32,000 nt of DNA from Tepidisphaerales bacterium (GCA_038240605.1 JBBSDP010000011.1:75182-107181); one strand, 5' to 3'; counted from the stretch's first letter, positions 1 to 8,711 are shown. The notes: generated by a model not told the origin, from the letters alone. Numbers and translations: made by a program.

Positions 1-833
1 CAGGCGCCGTGCTGGGTGGGCTGGCTTGGATCCGATTCGATCCAGTTGAGGATCTCGTAGCGGATGTGTGCGCCGCTGAGCAAGCCGGCCAGGCTTTCGA
101 CCATCAGGGAGAGACCATATCCCTTGTTCGCCGCCATCGGCTGCACCGCCCCGCCCGCGGCAAAGTCGGCGGGGTTGGTGGTGGGCAGGCCGTTCTTGTC
201 GGTCAGCCAGTCGGGCGGGATCGACTTGCCCAGCGCCTGGGCCGCCGAAACCTTGCCCCCTGCGACCGTACTCATGGCGATATCGAGAAAGATCGGCCGT
301 TCCACTCCGGCCGGGGCGGCGAACGCCCAGGGATTGGTACCCATGACACGTCCGCGCGCGCCGGGGACCGTCATCGAGGGATGGTCGTTGGCGGTCGCCA
401 GGCCGATCATTCCCTTTTCGGCGGCCATTAGCGCGTAGTAGCCCGCGCCGCCGAAGTGACAGGAATTGCGAACGCCGACCACGCCGATGCCGCATGCGCG
501 GGCCTTGGCGATCGCGAAGTCCATGGCGGCGACGGAGGTGACCATGCCGAGGGAGGAGTCGCCATCCATCGAAGCCCAGGCGGGCCCATCGCGGAGGACG
601 CGCGGTACGCCGGTGGCTTTGATGCCGCCCCCTTTGAGGCGGCGCACGTATCCCTTCAGCAGCTTGGTTCCGTGCGTGAAGGTTCCCCAGGTATCGGTCA
701 TGACCAGGACGCGAGCGGTCGTGGCGGCGTCGGTCGTGCTCACGCCGAGAGAGGTGAGCACCGCCACCACGAACCGCTCGAGCGCCTCGTTGGGAATTCG
801 CAGCGGGCGCGGCGCGCCGGCTGCGTTCTCCAT
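1..833 (-). CDS. Ldh2-family malate/L-lactate/(sulfo)lactate dehydrogenase, N-terminal ~277 aa; the 3' end runs off the left edge
   Basis: Own translation of the minus strand from ATG (831-833): MENAAGAPRPLRIPNEALERFVVAVLTSLGV...TDTWGTFTHGTKLL...GVRNSCHFGGAGYYA...GTNPWAFAAP...MAANKGYGLSLMVE. The frame is open to position 1, so it is absent from the ORF track (no stop reached). The pattern is that of the Ldh_2 family. Confidence 0.8.
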   Translation of the reverse strand, partial: MENAAGAPRPLRIPNEALERFVVAVLTSLGVSTTDAATTARVLVMTDTWGTFTHGTKLLKGYVRRLKGGGIKATGVPRVLRDGPAWASMDGDSSLGMVTSVAAMDFAIAKARACGIGVVGVRNSCHFGGAGYYALMAAEKGMIGLATANDHPSMTVPGARGRVMGTNPWAFAAPAGVERPIFLDIAMSTVAGGKVSAAQALGKSIPPDWLTDKNGLPTTNPADFAAGGAVQPMAANKGYGLSLMVESLAGLLSGAHIRYEILNWIESDPSQPTQHGA

Positions 834-894
834 GACTGGGCCGATGGGTTTGGAACTGGACACGCACGCTCCGGGGACGTGGGACGCAAGGCGA

Positions 895-1872
895 TCAGGC
901 TGGGACGCGGGGAGAACGAACGCCGTTCACCACGTTGGGAGGCAACTCGCCGCGCAGCGCGGCCACCGCGGTTGCGGCCGCGCTCCCCTGCAGCTTCTGG
1001 ACCGCCTGGGGACTGACCGAGGCGACGTGTGAGCTGAGCACGACGTTGGGCATTTTCAGGACCGGGCTGTTGGCGGGGATCGGCTCGGGCGCGAAGACGT
1101 CCAGCGCCGCCGCTCCGACCGCGCCGCTGCGCAGGGCTTCGATCAGGGCCTGGGGATCGAGCAAATCGCCACGGCCAACGTTCACCAGCAGCACGCCCGG
1201 CTTCACCTTCGCAAGCGTGTCGCGGTTGATCATGCCGCGGGTCTGCGCGGTGGATGGACAATGCAGCGTGATCAGGTCGCTCTCGCGAAAGATCGTTTCC
1301 AGATCGACCGGCTCACATCCGGCGTCACGCACCGCGGCCGCCGGAGCGATCGGATCGAAGACGCGCACGCGCGCCTTAAAGGCGACCAGACGTCGAGCAA
1401 CTTCGCGGCCGATGCGGCCGAATCCGACGACGCCGACCGTCATTGTCTTCAACGCATGCATCGACGTGAGGGGGACGGCCATGCCCCACTTGCCGGCGGA
1501 TACGTCGTTGGAGTTGGGCACGATGGCGCGCGTCAGCGCGAGGACGAACGCGAGCGTGTGATCGGCGACCTCGTCGATACAATAATCCGGGACGTTGCAG
1601 ACGGGTATGCCGGCGGCGCGGGCGGCTTCGAGATCGACGTTATCCACGCCGATCCCATACCGGACGATCGCGCGAGCGCCGCGCATCGCCTTGACGACTT
1701 CGGTCGTCAGCGGCGCGAATTGCGTGATCACGCAGTCCGCGTCGGCGACGAGCTCGATCAGCTCGGGCGTCGTGGATTTCACGCGGGCGGCGAGGGTGTG
1801 ACCTTCGCGCTCCAGCGCGCTGCGTTCGGGTTCAATCGAGGCAAATGCGTAGTCCGTGATGACGGCCTTCAC
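895..1872 (-). CDS. NAD-dependent D-isomer-specific 2-hydroxyacid dehydrogenase (phosphoglycerate-dehydrogenase-like)
   Basis: ORF 895..2088. The family-typical N-terminus begins at GTG 1870-1872 (VKAVITDYAF...). NAD fold VGVVGFGRIGREVARRL; C-terminal ...AALDVFAPEP... pattern. Lies 61 nt upstream of the Ldh2 gene on the same strand. The residues upstream of the GTG look non-coding. Confidence 0.85.
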   Translation of the reverse strand: MKAVITDYAFASIEPERSALEREGHTLAARVKSTTPELIELVADADCVITQFAPLTTEVVKAMRGARAIVRYGIGVDNVDLEAARAAGIPVCNVPDYCIDEVADHTLAFVLALTRAIVPNSNDVSAGKWGMAVPLTSMHALKTMTVGVVGFGRIGREVARRLVAFKARVRVFDPIAPAAAVRDAGCEPVDLETIFRESDLITLHCPSTAQTRGMINRDTLAKVKPGVLLVNVGRGDLLDPQALIEALRSGAVGAAALDVFAPEPIPANSPVLKMPNVVLSSHVASVSPQAVQKLQGSAAATAVAALRGELPPNVVNGVRSPRVPA

Positions 1873-2106
1873 CGGCAACCCTTCTGCTGAGTTCGCGAAA
1901 CGCCCCCGGAGATACGCCGCACCTCGCCGCTGTGATATACCGCATGTTATAAAAATCGGCGAACCCCTACAAGGTCGGTACACGGTTGCAGCCGTAAGCT
2001 GCGGCGGGTCAGAGGTTAACGAATTGCACTGTGTCGCGCGCGGAAATATACTGCCTCCGGCGGCTGGCGGGGGGTGTTCGACTTTCATCTACCTGTGGGA
2101 AATCCT

Positions 2107-3087
2107 ATGAACCGTCTGGTTCGCGCCTGGCGTTGCCTGTTGACGTTGCTGGTGATCGCCTCACTGTGTTCGAGCTGCAACCGCTCCGCCGCAAAATCAT
2201 CCGCGCGCAAGTTCTACTGGGTCCAATCGGTGCGCGGACATCCGGTTCACCGGCTAACGCAGGTTGCGTTCCGCGAGGGGTGCAAGGACCTCGGTTACGA
2301 CTGCGAGGTGATCGGCCCCGATGCCAATGATGTTGCCCAGACGACCGCGATGGCGGAGCAGGCGCTCAGCCGGGGAGATTGCGCGGGAATGGCCGTCTGG
2401 GGGCTGGATCCGGGACTCTTCAAGCTGATCGAAAAGGTTGCGAAGAAGGGAATCCCCGTCGTCATTCCCCACTTCCCGACCGATCAGGCCAACGTCCCTG
2501 ACGCCACTGGCGTGGTGAGCGGCGACCCTGCGGCGTATGGCCGCGATTGCGCGATGGCGATCGGCAAGCAGATCAACGGCACCGGCACCGTCGCGATCAC
2601 CCAGGCCAATTACAACCCGACTGAAAACCTGCTGAGCGACTCGTTTACGAAGGCGATGCACGAGAACTTTCCGAACGTGAAAGTGATGACGCCGGAGATC
2701 GAAGGGCTGGATTCGGTGCAGGCGGTGGCCAAGGCATCGGCGATCCTTCAGGCGAATCCAGACGTGGTTGGGGCGTTGTCCACCACAGGGAACCTTCCCC
2801 CCACCTGGGCGGGCGCCTCGAAGCAGACGGGACGGCCGGTCGTCTCGATCGCGATGAACTACACGCGCCTGAACCTGGACGCGATCCGCGACGGCCACAT
2901 GTACGCCGCCGTCGCTCAGCCGCTCTGGGAAGAATCGTACGAATGCGCGAAGATCCTCGACCGCGCGACCAAGGGGGAGAAGCCCCCCTGGTGGACGAAG
3001 ATGCCCGCGCCGCTCATCACGAAGGAGAACGTCGCGCCGTATTACCAGCTCATCGACAAGGTGGATGCGGCGATGAAGCAGCAGTAG
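2107..3087 (+). CDS. Periplasmic sugar-binding protein (PBP type I, Peripla_BP_4-like), probable lipoprotein; no ABC partners adjacent
   Basis: ORF 2074..3087, preferred start ATG 2107 (MNRLVRAWRCLLTLLVIASLCSSCNRS, a signal peptide with Cys). Body motifs: ...KKGIPVVIPHFPTD..., ...GTVAITQANYNPTENLLSDSF..., ...ANPDVVGALSTTG.... Confidence 0.8.
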   Translation: MNRLVRAWRCLLTLLVIASLCSSCNRSAAKSSARKFYWVQSVRGHPVHRLTQVAFREGCKDLGYDCEVIGPDANDVAQTTAMAEQALSRGDCAGMAVWGLDPGLFKLIEKVAKKGIPVVIPHFPTDQANVPDATGVVSGDPAAYGRDCAMAIGKQINGTGTVAITQANYNPTENLLSDSFTKAMHENFPNVKVMTPEIEGLDSVQAVAKASAILQANPDVVGALSTTGNLPPTWAGASKQTGRPVVSIAMNYTRLNLDAIRDGHMYAAVAQPLWEESYECAKILDRATKGEKPPWWTKMPAPLITKENVAPYYQLIDKVDAAMKQQ

Positions 3088-3178
3088 GACAATCGACGTC
3101 TGCGACGATGCCAGGTTGATATCGCGGGGACGTCGACCGCGAATTTTCTTCCTGCGATCAGGTGCCCTTGGTTGCACT

Positions 3179-3197
3179 CTTGCTTCGCAAAAGCAAG
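3179..3197 (+). terminator. Weak hairpin candidate downstream of the binding-protein gene
   Basis: CTTGCTT-cgcaa-AAGCAAG gives a 7-bp stem (3179-3185 / 3191-3197), followed by gttgtttcc. Short stem and a poor T-tract. Confidence 0.25.
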
Positions 3198-3340
3198 GTT
3201 GTTTCCTGACAAAACCAACATACGAAAGGAGGCCTTCAATTGCGCGCGTGGCGCGCGTTGTGTCACGCCGGTCCGCCTCGAAGTTCACGGCGTTGCGTGG
3301 CACGAGATTGGATCGCCCACCTTCATCTCTTTCGGATAGC

Positions 3341-4921
3341 ATGACAACGATGTCTGGCAAGAATGGAATCGTCTACCTCGTCGGCGCGGGACCGGGGGAT
3401 CCGGAGCTCATCACCGTGCGCGGGGCGCAGCTTCTCGGCAGCGCAGATGTGGTCGTCTACGACGCCCTGGCCAACCCGCAATTGCTCAGCCATTGTCCGC
3501 CGGGCGCGGACGTGATTTACGTCGGCAAGAAGGCCTCCGCCCATTCGTTCACACAGGAGGCGATCAACGCATTGCTGGTCGAAAAGGCGGCGAGCGGTAA
3601 ATCGGTCGTGCGCCTCAAGGGAGGCGATCCGTTCGTCTTTGGCCGCGGCGGGGAAGAGTGCGAGGCGCTTGTTTCCGCCGGAATTCCGTTCGAAGTCGTG
3701 CCTGGCATCACCGCCGCCATCGCGGCACCGGCGTATGCCGGCATTCCCGTCACGCACCGGGATTTCAACTCGAGCTTCACGCTGATCACCGGTCATGAGA
3801 AGGAAGAGCAATATCAGGAACCCGAGGCCCAGGCGCGCCCGGCGGGGGCCGGCTCGTCCGATGTGGACTGGACGGCAATCGCCAGGCTGTCCTGCCTCGC
3901 CTTCTACATGGGGGTGAAGTCGCTGCCGCGCATCTGCGCCCGCCTTATCGAAAACGGGATGCCCCAGGGCACCCCCGCCGCCACGATCGCCCAGGGGACG
4001 ACACCCCGGCAGCAGACCGTGGTCGGGACCCTGGCGGACCTGCCGCGGCGCGTGAGCGACGCGGGGTTGCGGCCGCCGGCGCTCACCATCGTGGGTCGAG
4101 TCGTCTCACTGCGGGACACGCTCAACTGGTTCGAACGGCGGCCCCTCTTCGGGCAGACCGTGGTGGTGACTCGCACGCGACAGCAGGCGAGCGAACTCAC
4201 GCAACGCCTCGCCGGGGCGGGCGCGAGCGTCATCGAAGCCCCGACCATCGAGCTGGCGCGGCCCGGCGAGTGGTCGGCGGTCGATGAATCGCTCGAGCGG
4301 ATCAGCGAATACGACTGGGTCGTCTTCACCAGCGCCAACGGCGTCCACTTCGTCAAAGATCGCCTGCTGGAAACCGGACAGGACGCCCGCAACTTCGCCG
4401 GCGTACGAATCGCCGCAATTGGCGAGGCCACCGCCGACGCGATCGGCAAGGCGCTCTGCCTTCGCGTGGACCTGTGCCCCGAATCGTTCGTCGCCGAGGC
4501 GCTGGCCGACGCGCTGGCGGCCGCGAACGAGATCCAGGGCCGCCGGTACCTGCTGCTCCGCGCGGACATCGCTCGGGCGATCCTCCGCGAGCGGCTCGAA
4601 CAGGGCGGCGCCGCCGCGGTCGATGACATCTCCGTCTACGAATCCCGACCGGCGTCGTCGCTCCCGCCGGCGCTCGTCGATGCCCTGGGCGCCCGGCAAG
4701 TCAACTGGATCACCTTCACCAGCAGCAGCACCGCGCGCAACCTCGTCGGCCTGCTCGGCCCCGACTATCGCGCCACGCTCGCCGGCGTAAAGCTGGCCAG
4801 CATCGGCCCCATCACCACCCGCACGCTCCAGGACCTGGGGCTCGAGCCGGACGTGCAGGCGGAACGTTATACGATCGATGGATTGGTCGATGCGATGCTG
4901 GCGCGGGTTGGGCAAAAATGA
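3341..4921 (+). CDS. cobA: Bifunctional uroporphyrinogen-III C-methyltransferase / uroporphyrinogen-III synthase (CobA-HemD fusion)
   Basis: ORF 3116..4921, preferred start ATG 3341 (MTTMSGKNGIVYLVGAGPGDPELITVRG). SUMT motifs: GAGPGD, VVRLKGGDPFVFGRGGEE, GIPFEVVPGITA. The C-terminal half from GQTVVVTRTRQQASEL... has the HemD (HEM4) pattern with two repeated half-domains. Confidence 0.85.
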   Translation: MTTMSGKNGIVYLVGAGPGDPELITVRGAQLLGSADVVVYDALANPQLLSHCPPGADVIYVGKKASAHSFTQEAINALLVEKAASGKSVVRLKGGDPFVFGRGGEECEALVSAGIPFEVVPGITAAIAAPAYAGIPVTHRDFNSSFTLITGHEKEEQYQEPEAQARPAGAGSSDVDWTAIARLSCLAFYMGVKSLPRICARLIENGMPQGTPAATIAQGTTPRQQTVVGTLADLPRRVSDAGLRPPALTIVGRVVSLRDTLNWFERRPLFGQTVVVTRTRQQASELTQRLAGAGASVIEAPTIELARPGEWSAVDESLERISEYDWVVFTSANGVHFVKDRLLETGQDARNFAGVRIAAIGEATADAIGKALCLRVDLCPESFVAEALADALAAANEIQGRRYLLLRADIARAILRERLEQGGAAAVDDISVYESRPASSLPPALVDALGARQVNWITFTSSSTARNLVGLLGPDYRATLAGVKLASIGPITTRTLQDLGLEPDVQAERYTIDGLVDAMLARVGQK

Positions 4922-4986
4922 GTCGCGTCGCATATCATTTCAGTTGAACTCGCGCGGCGACGCAATTTGACGTTCTGGGGATTGCA

Positions 4987-5295
4987 ATGATCCGCACCTA
5001 TCACGGAATTTCGTTCGATGGCGATCGCATCGCCGAATTTTGCCGCCGTCACCAGGTCACCCGCTTCAGTTTGTTCGGCTTCATTGCGCGCGAAGATTTT
5101 GGGCCGACGAGCGACATCGACATTCTCCTCGAGTTCGGCTCCAGCGGAACGCCGAGCCTGTTGGATCTCGGCGGAATGGTAATTGAGCTGACGGAAATGC
5201 TGGGCCGGCAAGTCGATTTGAAGACGTGGGGTTTCATGTCCGAACCGGTGCGACGGCGCGTCGAGCTGCAACGACAGGTGCAGTATGCCGCGTAG
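4987..5295 (+). CDS. MntA-like minimal nucleotidyltransferase (type VII TA antitoxin family), with no HepT partner
   Basis: 102 aa. Has ...GFIAREDFGPTSDIDILLEF..., the G-S/T...D-x-D NTP_transf_2 signature. Lower GC than the flanks. Confidence 0.75.
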   Translation: MIRTYHGISFDGDRIAEFCRRHQVTRFSLFGFIAREDFGPTSDIDILLEFGSSGTPSLLDLGGMVIELTEMLGRQVDLKTWGFMSEPVRRRVELQRQVQYAA

Positions 5296-5307
5296 TGCAG
5301 TCACGAG

Positions 5308-5337
5308 TTGGGCAGGCATAACAACAGATGCTATAAT
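5308..5337 (+). promoter_or_regulatory. Candidate extended -10 promoter for parDE, possibly giving a leaderless transcript
   Basis: TGcTATAAT at 5329-5337 and TTGGGC at 5308-5313 (18-nt spacer). The parD ATG at 5344 lies only 6 nt after the -10 hexamer. Confidence 0.3.
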
Positions 5338-5343
5338 TTGTTA

Positions 5344-5661
5344 ATGCGATCACCCACGAATCTCAATGTTTCACTCACGTCACGCCTCATGGACCTCGTT
5401 CGCGATCGGGTTAAAAGCGGCCGATATCAATCCGCCAGCGAAGTCGTCCGAGAGGGCCTGCGGCTACTTGAGGAGCGCGACGAAAGAAGCGGAATAGATT
5501 GGTCTGAAGTGCGCGGGAAAGTGGCTGAAGCTCGCGCGGAGATGAAAGCTGGCATGGGAATCCCTGCCGATGTATTCCGAGAGAATATGAGCCGCTTCAC
5601 CCGAGAACTGAAAGCCGAACGTACCACTTCGAAGCCGCGCAGACGTGGCAGGAAGTCATGA
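5344..5661 (+). CDS. parD: ParD-type (CC2985/ParD4, ribbon-helix-helix) antitoxin
   Basis: ORF 5308..5661 (TTG), preferred ATG 5344: MRSPTNLNVSLTSRLMDLVRDRVKSGRYQSASEVVREGLRLLEERD. Its stop overlaps the next start (ATGA, 5658-5661). Confidence 0.8.
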   Translation: MRSPTNLNVSLTSRLMDLVRDRVKSGRYQSASEVVREGLRLLEERDERSGIDWSEVRGKVAEARAEMKAGMGIPADVFRENMSRFTRELKAERTTSKPRRRGRKS

Positions 5662-5960
5662 TCAGCTTTGTGGTTGCGCCGGCCGCCGAGCGCGACCTCA
5701 AACAGATTTACGGCTACATCACAAGCCACAGTGTTCGCAATGCTGATCGGGGGTTGGCAAGATTTCTTCAGCAATTCGATAGCATTGGAAAAATGCCTGG
5801 TATTGGGCATCGTCGCCCGGAGCTGAACGACCCCTCGCTGCGGGTCTCATCCGTCTATAAGTACCTTGTCATTTACGATGCGACGCGGAGGCCAGTCGAA
5901 ATCCTACGGATCATTCATGGTGCGATGGATCTGCAACGTGAATTTTCCAAACGTCGTTAA
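5658..5960 (+). CDS. parE: ParE/RelE-family toxin
   Basis: 100 aa. AERDLKQIYGYI...PGIGHRRPEL...YKYLVIYDATRRPVEILRIIHGAMDL follows the ParE pattern. Translationally coupled to parD. Confidence 0.8.
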   Translation: MISFVVAPAAERDLKQIYGYITSHSVRNADRGLARFLQQFDSIGKMPGIGHRRPELNDPSLRVSSVYKYLVIYDATRRPVEILRIIHGAMDLQREFSKRR

Positions 5961-6007
5961 TGCTGCGGCTATCCTGGCGTTCGGAAATGTGCCGAATGAC
6001 TGCTCAG

Positions 6008-6955
6008 CTACTTTCCCACGGCCTCTGCTCCGCTTCTCGCCAAAGGACGCGATGGCTCCGATTCAAACCGCCGGTTGCTGATCCGCCGCAACAGGTGGAC
6101 GGGGAAGAAGGGCCACGCCGCGACACGACCGACCCACAGGATCGGCGCCGTCAACCGGATCGGGATGGTCCATCCCGACGCATGCGAGGAACCATCGGCC
6201 GCGGGTTTTTCGACAACGACCGGGAACCAGGTGAACCGCCCGCCGACCAGGCGCAGCCCCGCCTCCTGGTAGAGTCGCAGGCTTCCGCTGAAACGGCGGT
6301 TGCCGCGCAGGTGCGTCGGATACCACGGGAGCAGCATGAAGAACGGGGCGCTCACGTACAGCCGGCCGCCCGGACGCAGGTAGGACGCGATCTGCTTCAC
6401 CATCGCCGGCGGATCCGGCACGTGCTCGAGCACGTCGAAGCAGATGACGGCGTCAAATGCTTCGTGCGGGATCTCCGACGGCTCGGTCAGCACGGGGATC
6501 TTCGCCCCCTTCCGCTCGAACATCTTTCGCGCGAATCGCTCGCTCAATCCGGCCAGCTCGAAATAGGTGACACGGTGTCCCTTCTGGGCAAGGTGCAGGC
6601 AATCGAAACCCATTCCGTCGCCGATCCCCAGTACATCTAACGGCTCTCCTCGCCGTGACATATGCCGGACCGTCCAGCGGCGCAGCTGTGCCTTGGCGCT
6701 GTTGCGGCTCCAGACGGCCAGCTCGTAGAGGAATGCGCTGGTCGAGCCGTAAAAGGCTTCGAGGTGTTTCCCCCAGACGTAGCGCGGGCCGCCACCCCGG
6801 GCCGCGAAATCATCGGCGACGGTCCGGCCCGGGTGCTGGCGCTCGTGCTCCAGTTTTTCCAGGACTAGGGAAAGCGGCTCGGCCGTAACCTCGGCGATCA
6901 ACTCCCCCATCTGCTGAGCGTTGCGAAGCGGGTCGAATACCATGTGGCCTCTCAT
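6008..6955 (-). CDS. Class I SAM-dependent methyltransferase
   Basis: ORF 6008..7165, preferred ATG 6953-6955 (MRGHMVFDPL...) or ATG 6941-6943. Motif I LDVLGIGDGMGFDCLHLAQKGHRVTYFE; post-I/II ...FDAVICFDVLEHVPDP...LRPGGRLYVS. Confidence 0.8.
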   Translation of the reverse strand: MRGHMVFDPLRNAQQMGELIAEVTAEPLSLVLEKLEHERQHPGRTVADDFAARGGGPRYVWGKHLEAFYGSTSAFLYELAVWSRNSAKAQLRRWTVRHMSRRGEPLDVLGIGDGMGFDCLHLAQKGHRVTYFELAGLSERFARKMFERKGAKIPVLTEPSEIPHEAFDAVICFDVLEHVPDPPAMVKQIASYLRPGGRLYVSAPFFMLLPWYPTHLRGNRRFSGSLRLYQEAGLRLVGGRFTWFPVVVEKPAADGSSHASGWTIPIRLTAPILWVGRVAAWPFFPVHLLRRISNRRFESEPSRPLARSGAEAVGK

Positions 6956-7224
6956 CCATATGCGGCCCCGGCGGCAAGGTAAGGAAGTTAAACCGATCCG
7001 TCGCAGGAGGCAACCGCACTCGCGTGCAATGTCGCGTGCAACAGCGCGCCGGTCGTGAGTTCCAACGGATCCTGGTGACGACATATCCGCATTGCTTCTC
7101 GTAGCACGGGCGCCTCGCCCGTGGCCTGGAAGCCAACACGGGCAAGGCGACCGTGCAACGAGCAACGAATTCGCGTGTCACTAAAATTGAGCATTTCACG
7201 ACATGCGAGTGCATCGCCGTGGCC

Positions 7225-7872
7225 TTATGCCACGAATTGGTAGATCAGGATGAAGTGACACGCGCTGCCGACCAGCACCAGCACGTGCCACAGGTCGTGT
7301 GCCTCGAAGATGCCGCGACATAGATTCGGGCGGTTGGTGGCGAAGATCACCGCGCCCACGGAATAAGCCACGCCGCCGCCGAGTAGCCAGGCGAGCGCCG
7401 CGTTCGGAAGTGCGTCATAGACCGGGCCGGCCACGGACAGCGCCAGCCACCCCATCACCACATAAGTTGCGATGCGCAGTCCCCACGAATGGTCGCGCAC
7501 CCGCGTCACGTAGGCGATCCCCGCCGCCGCGAGTACCCACTCCGCCGCCAGAACCGGCCATCCCCACCGGCTGCCCAGCGTGAACAGGCACAACGGCGTG
7601 TACGTCCCGGCGATCAGCAGAAAAATGGCCGACAGGTCAAACCGATCGAGCCGGCTGGAATTCACGTCGGAGCAGCGAATGGAATGACTCAGCGCGCTGG
7701 CGAGATAGAGGATGATCAGCGAACCGCCGTAGATCGAGAATCCGATGATGTAAGCCGGCCGTCCCTGCGCCACACGCAGCAATGCGACCAGCGCCGCCAC
7801 CGAAAGCAAAACGCCAACCCAATGCGACAGGGCCGGAAACGGGTCCTTAATGCAACGCCGGACGAGTTGCAT
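7225..7872 (-). CDS. trhA: Hemolysin III / PAQR family membrane protein
   Basis: ORF 7225..8073, preferred ATG 7870-7872 (MQLVRRCIKDPFPALSHWVGVLL...). Seven hydrophobic segments. Family signatures ...LASALSHS..., ...RFDLSAIFLLIAGTYTP..., ...EAHDLWHVLVLVGSACHF.... Confidence 0.85.
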   Translation of the reverse strand: MQLVRRCIKDPFPALSHWVGVLLSVAALVALLRVAQGRPAYIIGFSIYGGSLIILYLASALSHSIRCSDVNSSRLDRFDLSAIFLLIAGTYTPLCLFTLGSRWGWPVLAAEWVLAAAGIAYVTRVRDHSWGLRIATYVVMGWLALSVAGPVYDALPNAALAWLLGGGVAYSVGAVIFATNRPNLCRGIFEAHDLWHVLVLVGSACHFILIYQFVA

Positions 7873-7981
7873 CTTCACACCTTCAGTAGGACAGACATTC
7901 CGGTCTTTCAGGCAGTCGCGAACGCGGGCACACCTGCTCGCCGAGCGAATGCATTCTCCATCGCGTCGCCCCCACGATCCA

Positions 7982-8596
7982 TCACCGCCCCAGCTCCGAC
8001 GCCAGATACCCTCCCAGCGCCGACTTGAATTGCTCGACCACCCAATCTCCAGCCTCCCGGTCTGACCGCGCATAGAGAAACATCAGGCCCTTGTTGATGT
8101 GCAGGATCACATCGGCGATGCGCATCGCCTTGGCGCGCTTCAATCGCGGCGCGTGGCTGACGAGCACGTCGGCCAGGCGCTCGCGCAGCAGCAGCCGTGT
8201 GCCGGGAGTGTGAGCGCTGGAGGGGGAATCCATCAGCGGAAGAAATTCCGGGTGACCCTTCATGAAGTTCACCATGATCTCCACGTAGCGCTCGACCAGT
8301 TCCGCCCGCGACAACGTTCCCGCCTGCGTCTGGAGCGCCCCCCACGCGCCGTCCACTTCGCGTCCGTATTCCGCGCACAACGCCCGCGCGACCGCGTCCT
8401 TGTTGGGGAAAAATTGATAAAGCGATCCGATCGACGCGCCGGCCCGGCGGGCGATCGCGCTCATCGTGGCGGCGTCATACCCTTCGCTGGCGATCACGCA
8501 GGCGGCCGCGGAAAGGAGCCCGGCCACGCGGCGCTCACCGCGCGGCTGGCAGGGAATACGGCGGGGTGAATTTGACAGCCGTGCGGCTCGAGTCAT
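7982..8596 (-). CDS. TetR/AcrR family transcriptional regulator
   Basis: ORF 7982..8905, preferred ATG 8594-8596 (MTRAARLSNS...). HTH region ...EGYDAATMSAIARRAGASIGSLYQFFPNKDAV.... Divergent from the efflux operon. Confidence 0.85.
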   Translation of the reverse strand: MTRAARLSNSPRRIPCQPRGERRVAGLLSAAACVIASEGYDAATMSAIARRAGASIGSLYQFFPNKDAVARALCAEYGREVDGAWGALQTQAGTLSRAELVERYVEIMVNFMKGHPEFLPLMDSPSSAHTPGTRLLLRERLADVLVSHAPRLKRAKAMRIADVILHINKGLMFLYARSDREAGDWVVEQFKSALGGYLASELGR

Positions 8597-8604
8597 ATAG
8601 TCGC

Positions 8605-8630
8605 CGAATGTGATGATACCCTCACATTCG
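8605..8630. promoter_or_regulatory. Candidate TetR operator: perfect 9-bp inverted repeat
   Basis: CGAATGTGA (8605-8613), 8-nt spacer, TCACATTCG (8622-8630). Lies in the 115-bp divergent region between the tetR start (8596) and the MFP start (8712). Confidence 0.45.
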
Positions 8631-8711
8631 CTCGTTTGTCCAGTAAGCGATTTGCGGGGATCGAACCAGGGAAGTTCATCGTCGTCGTGGTCGTCGAGAA
8701 GGAGACACGTC

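Noticed and set aside
3088-3340. Cobalamin riboswitch upstream of cobA-hemD
   Set aside because: It was expected from context, but I could not find a B12-box-like GCCACTG core or the conserved GGGAA/GGTG blocks. Only generic GC hairpins are present.
2254-3360. 368-aa minus-strand ORF
   Set aside because: It is antisense to the sugar-binding protein gene and has no recognisable family features.
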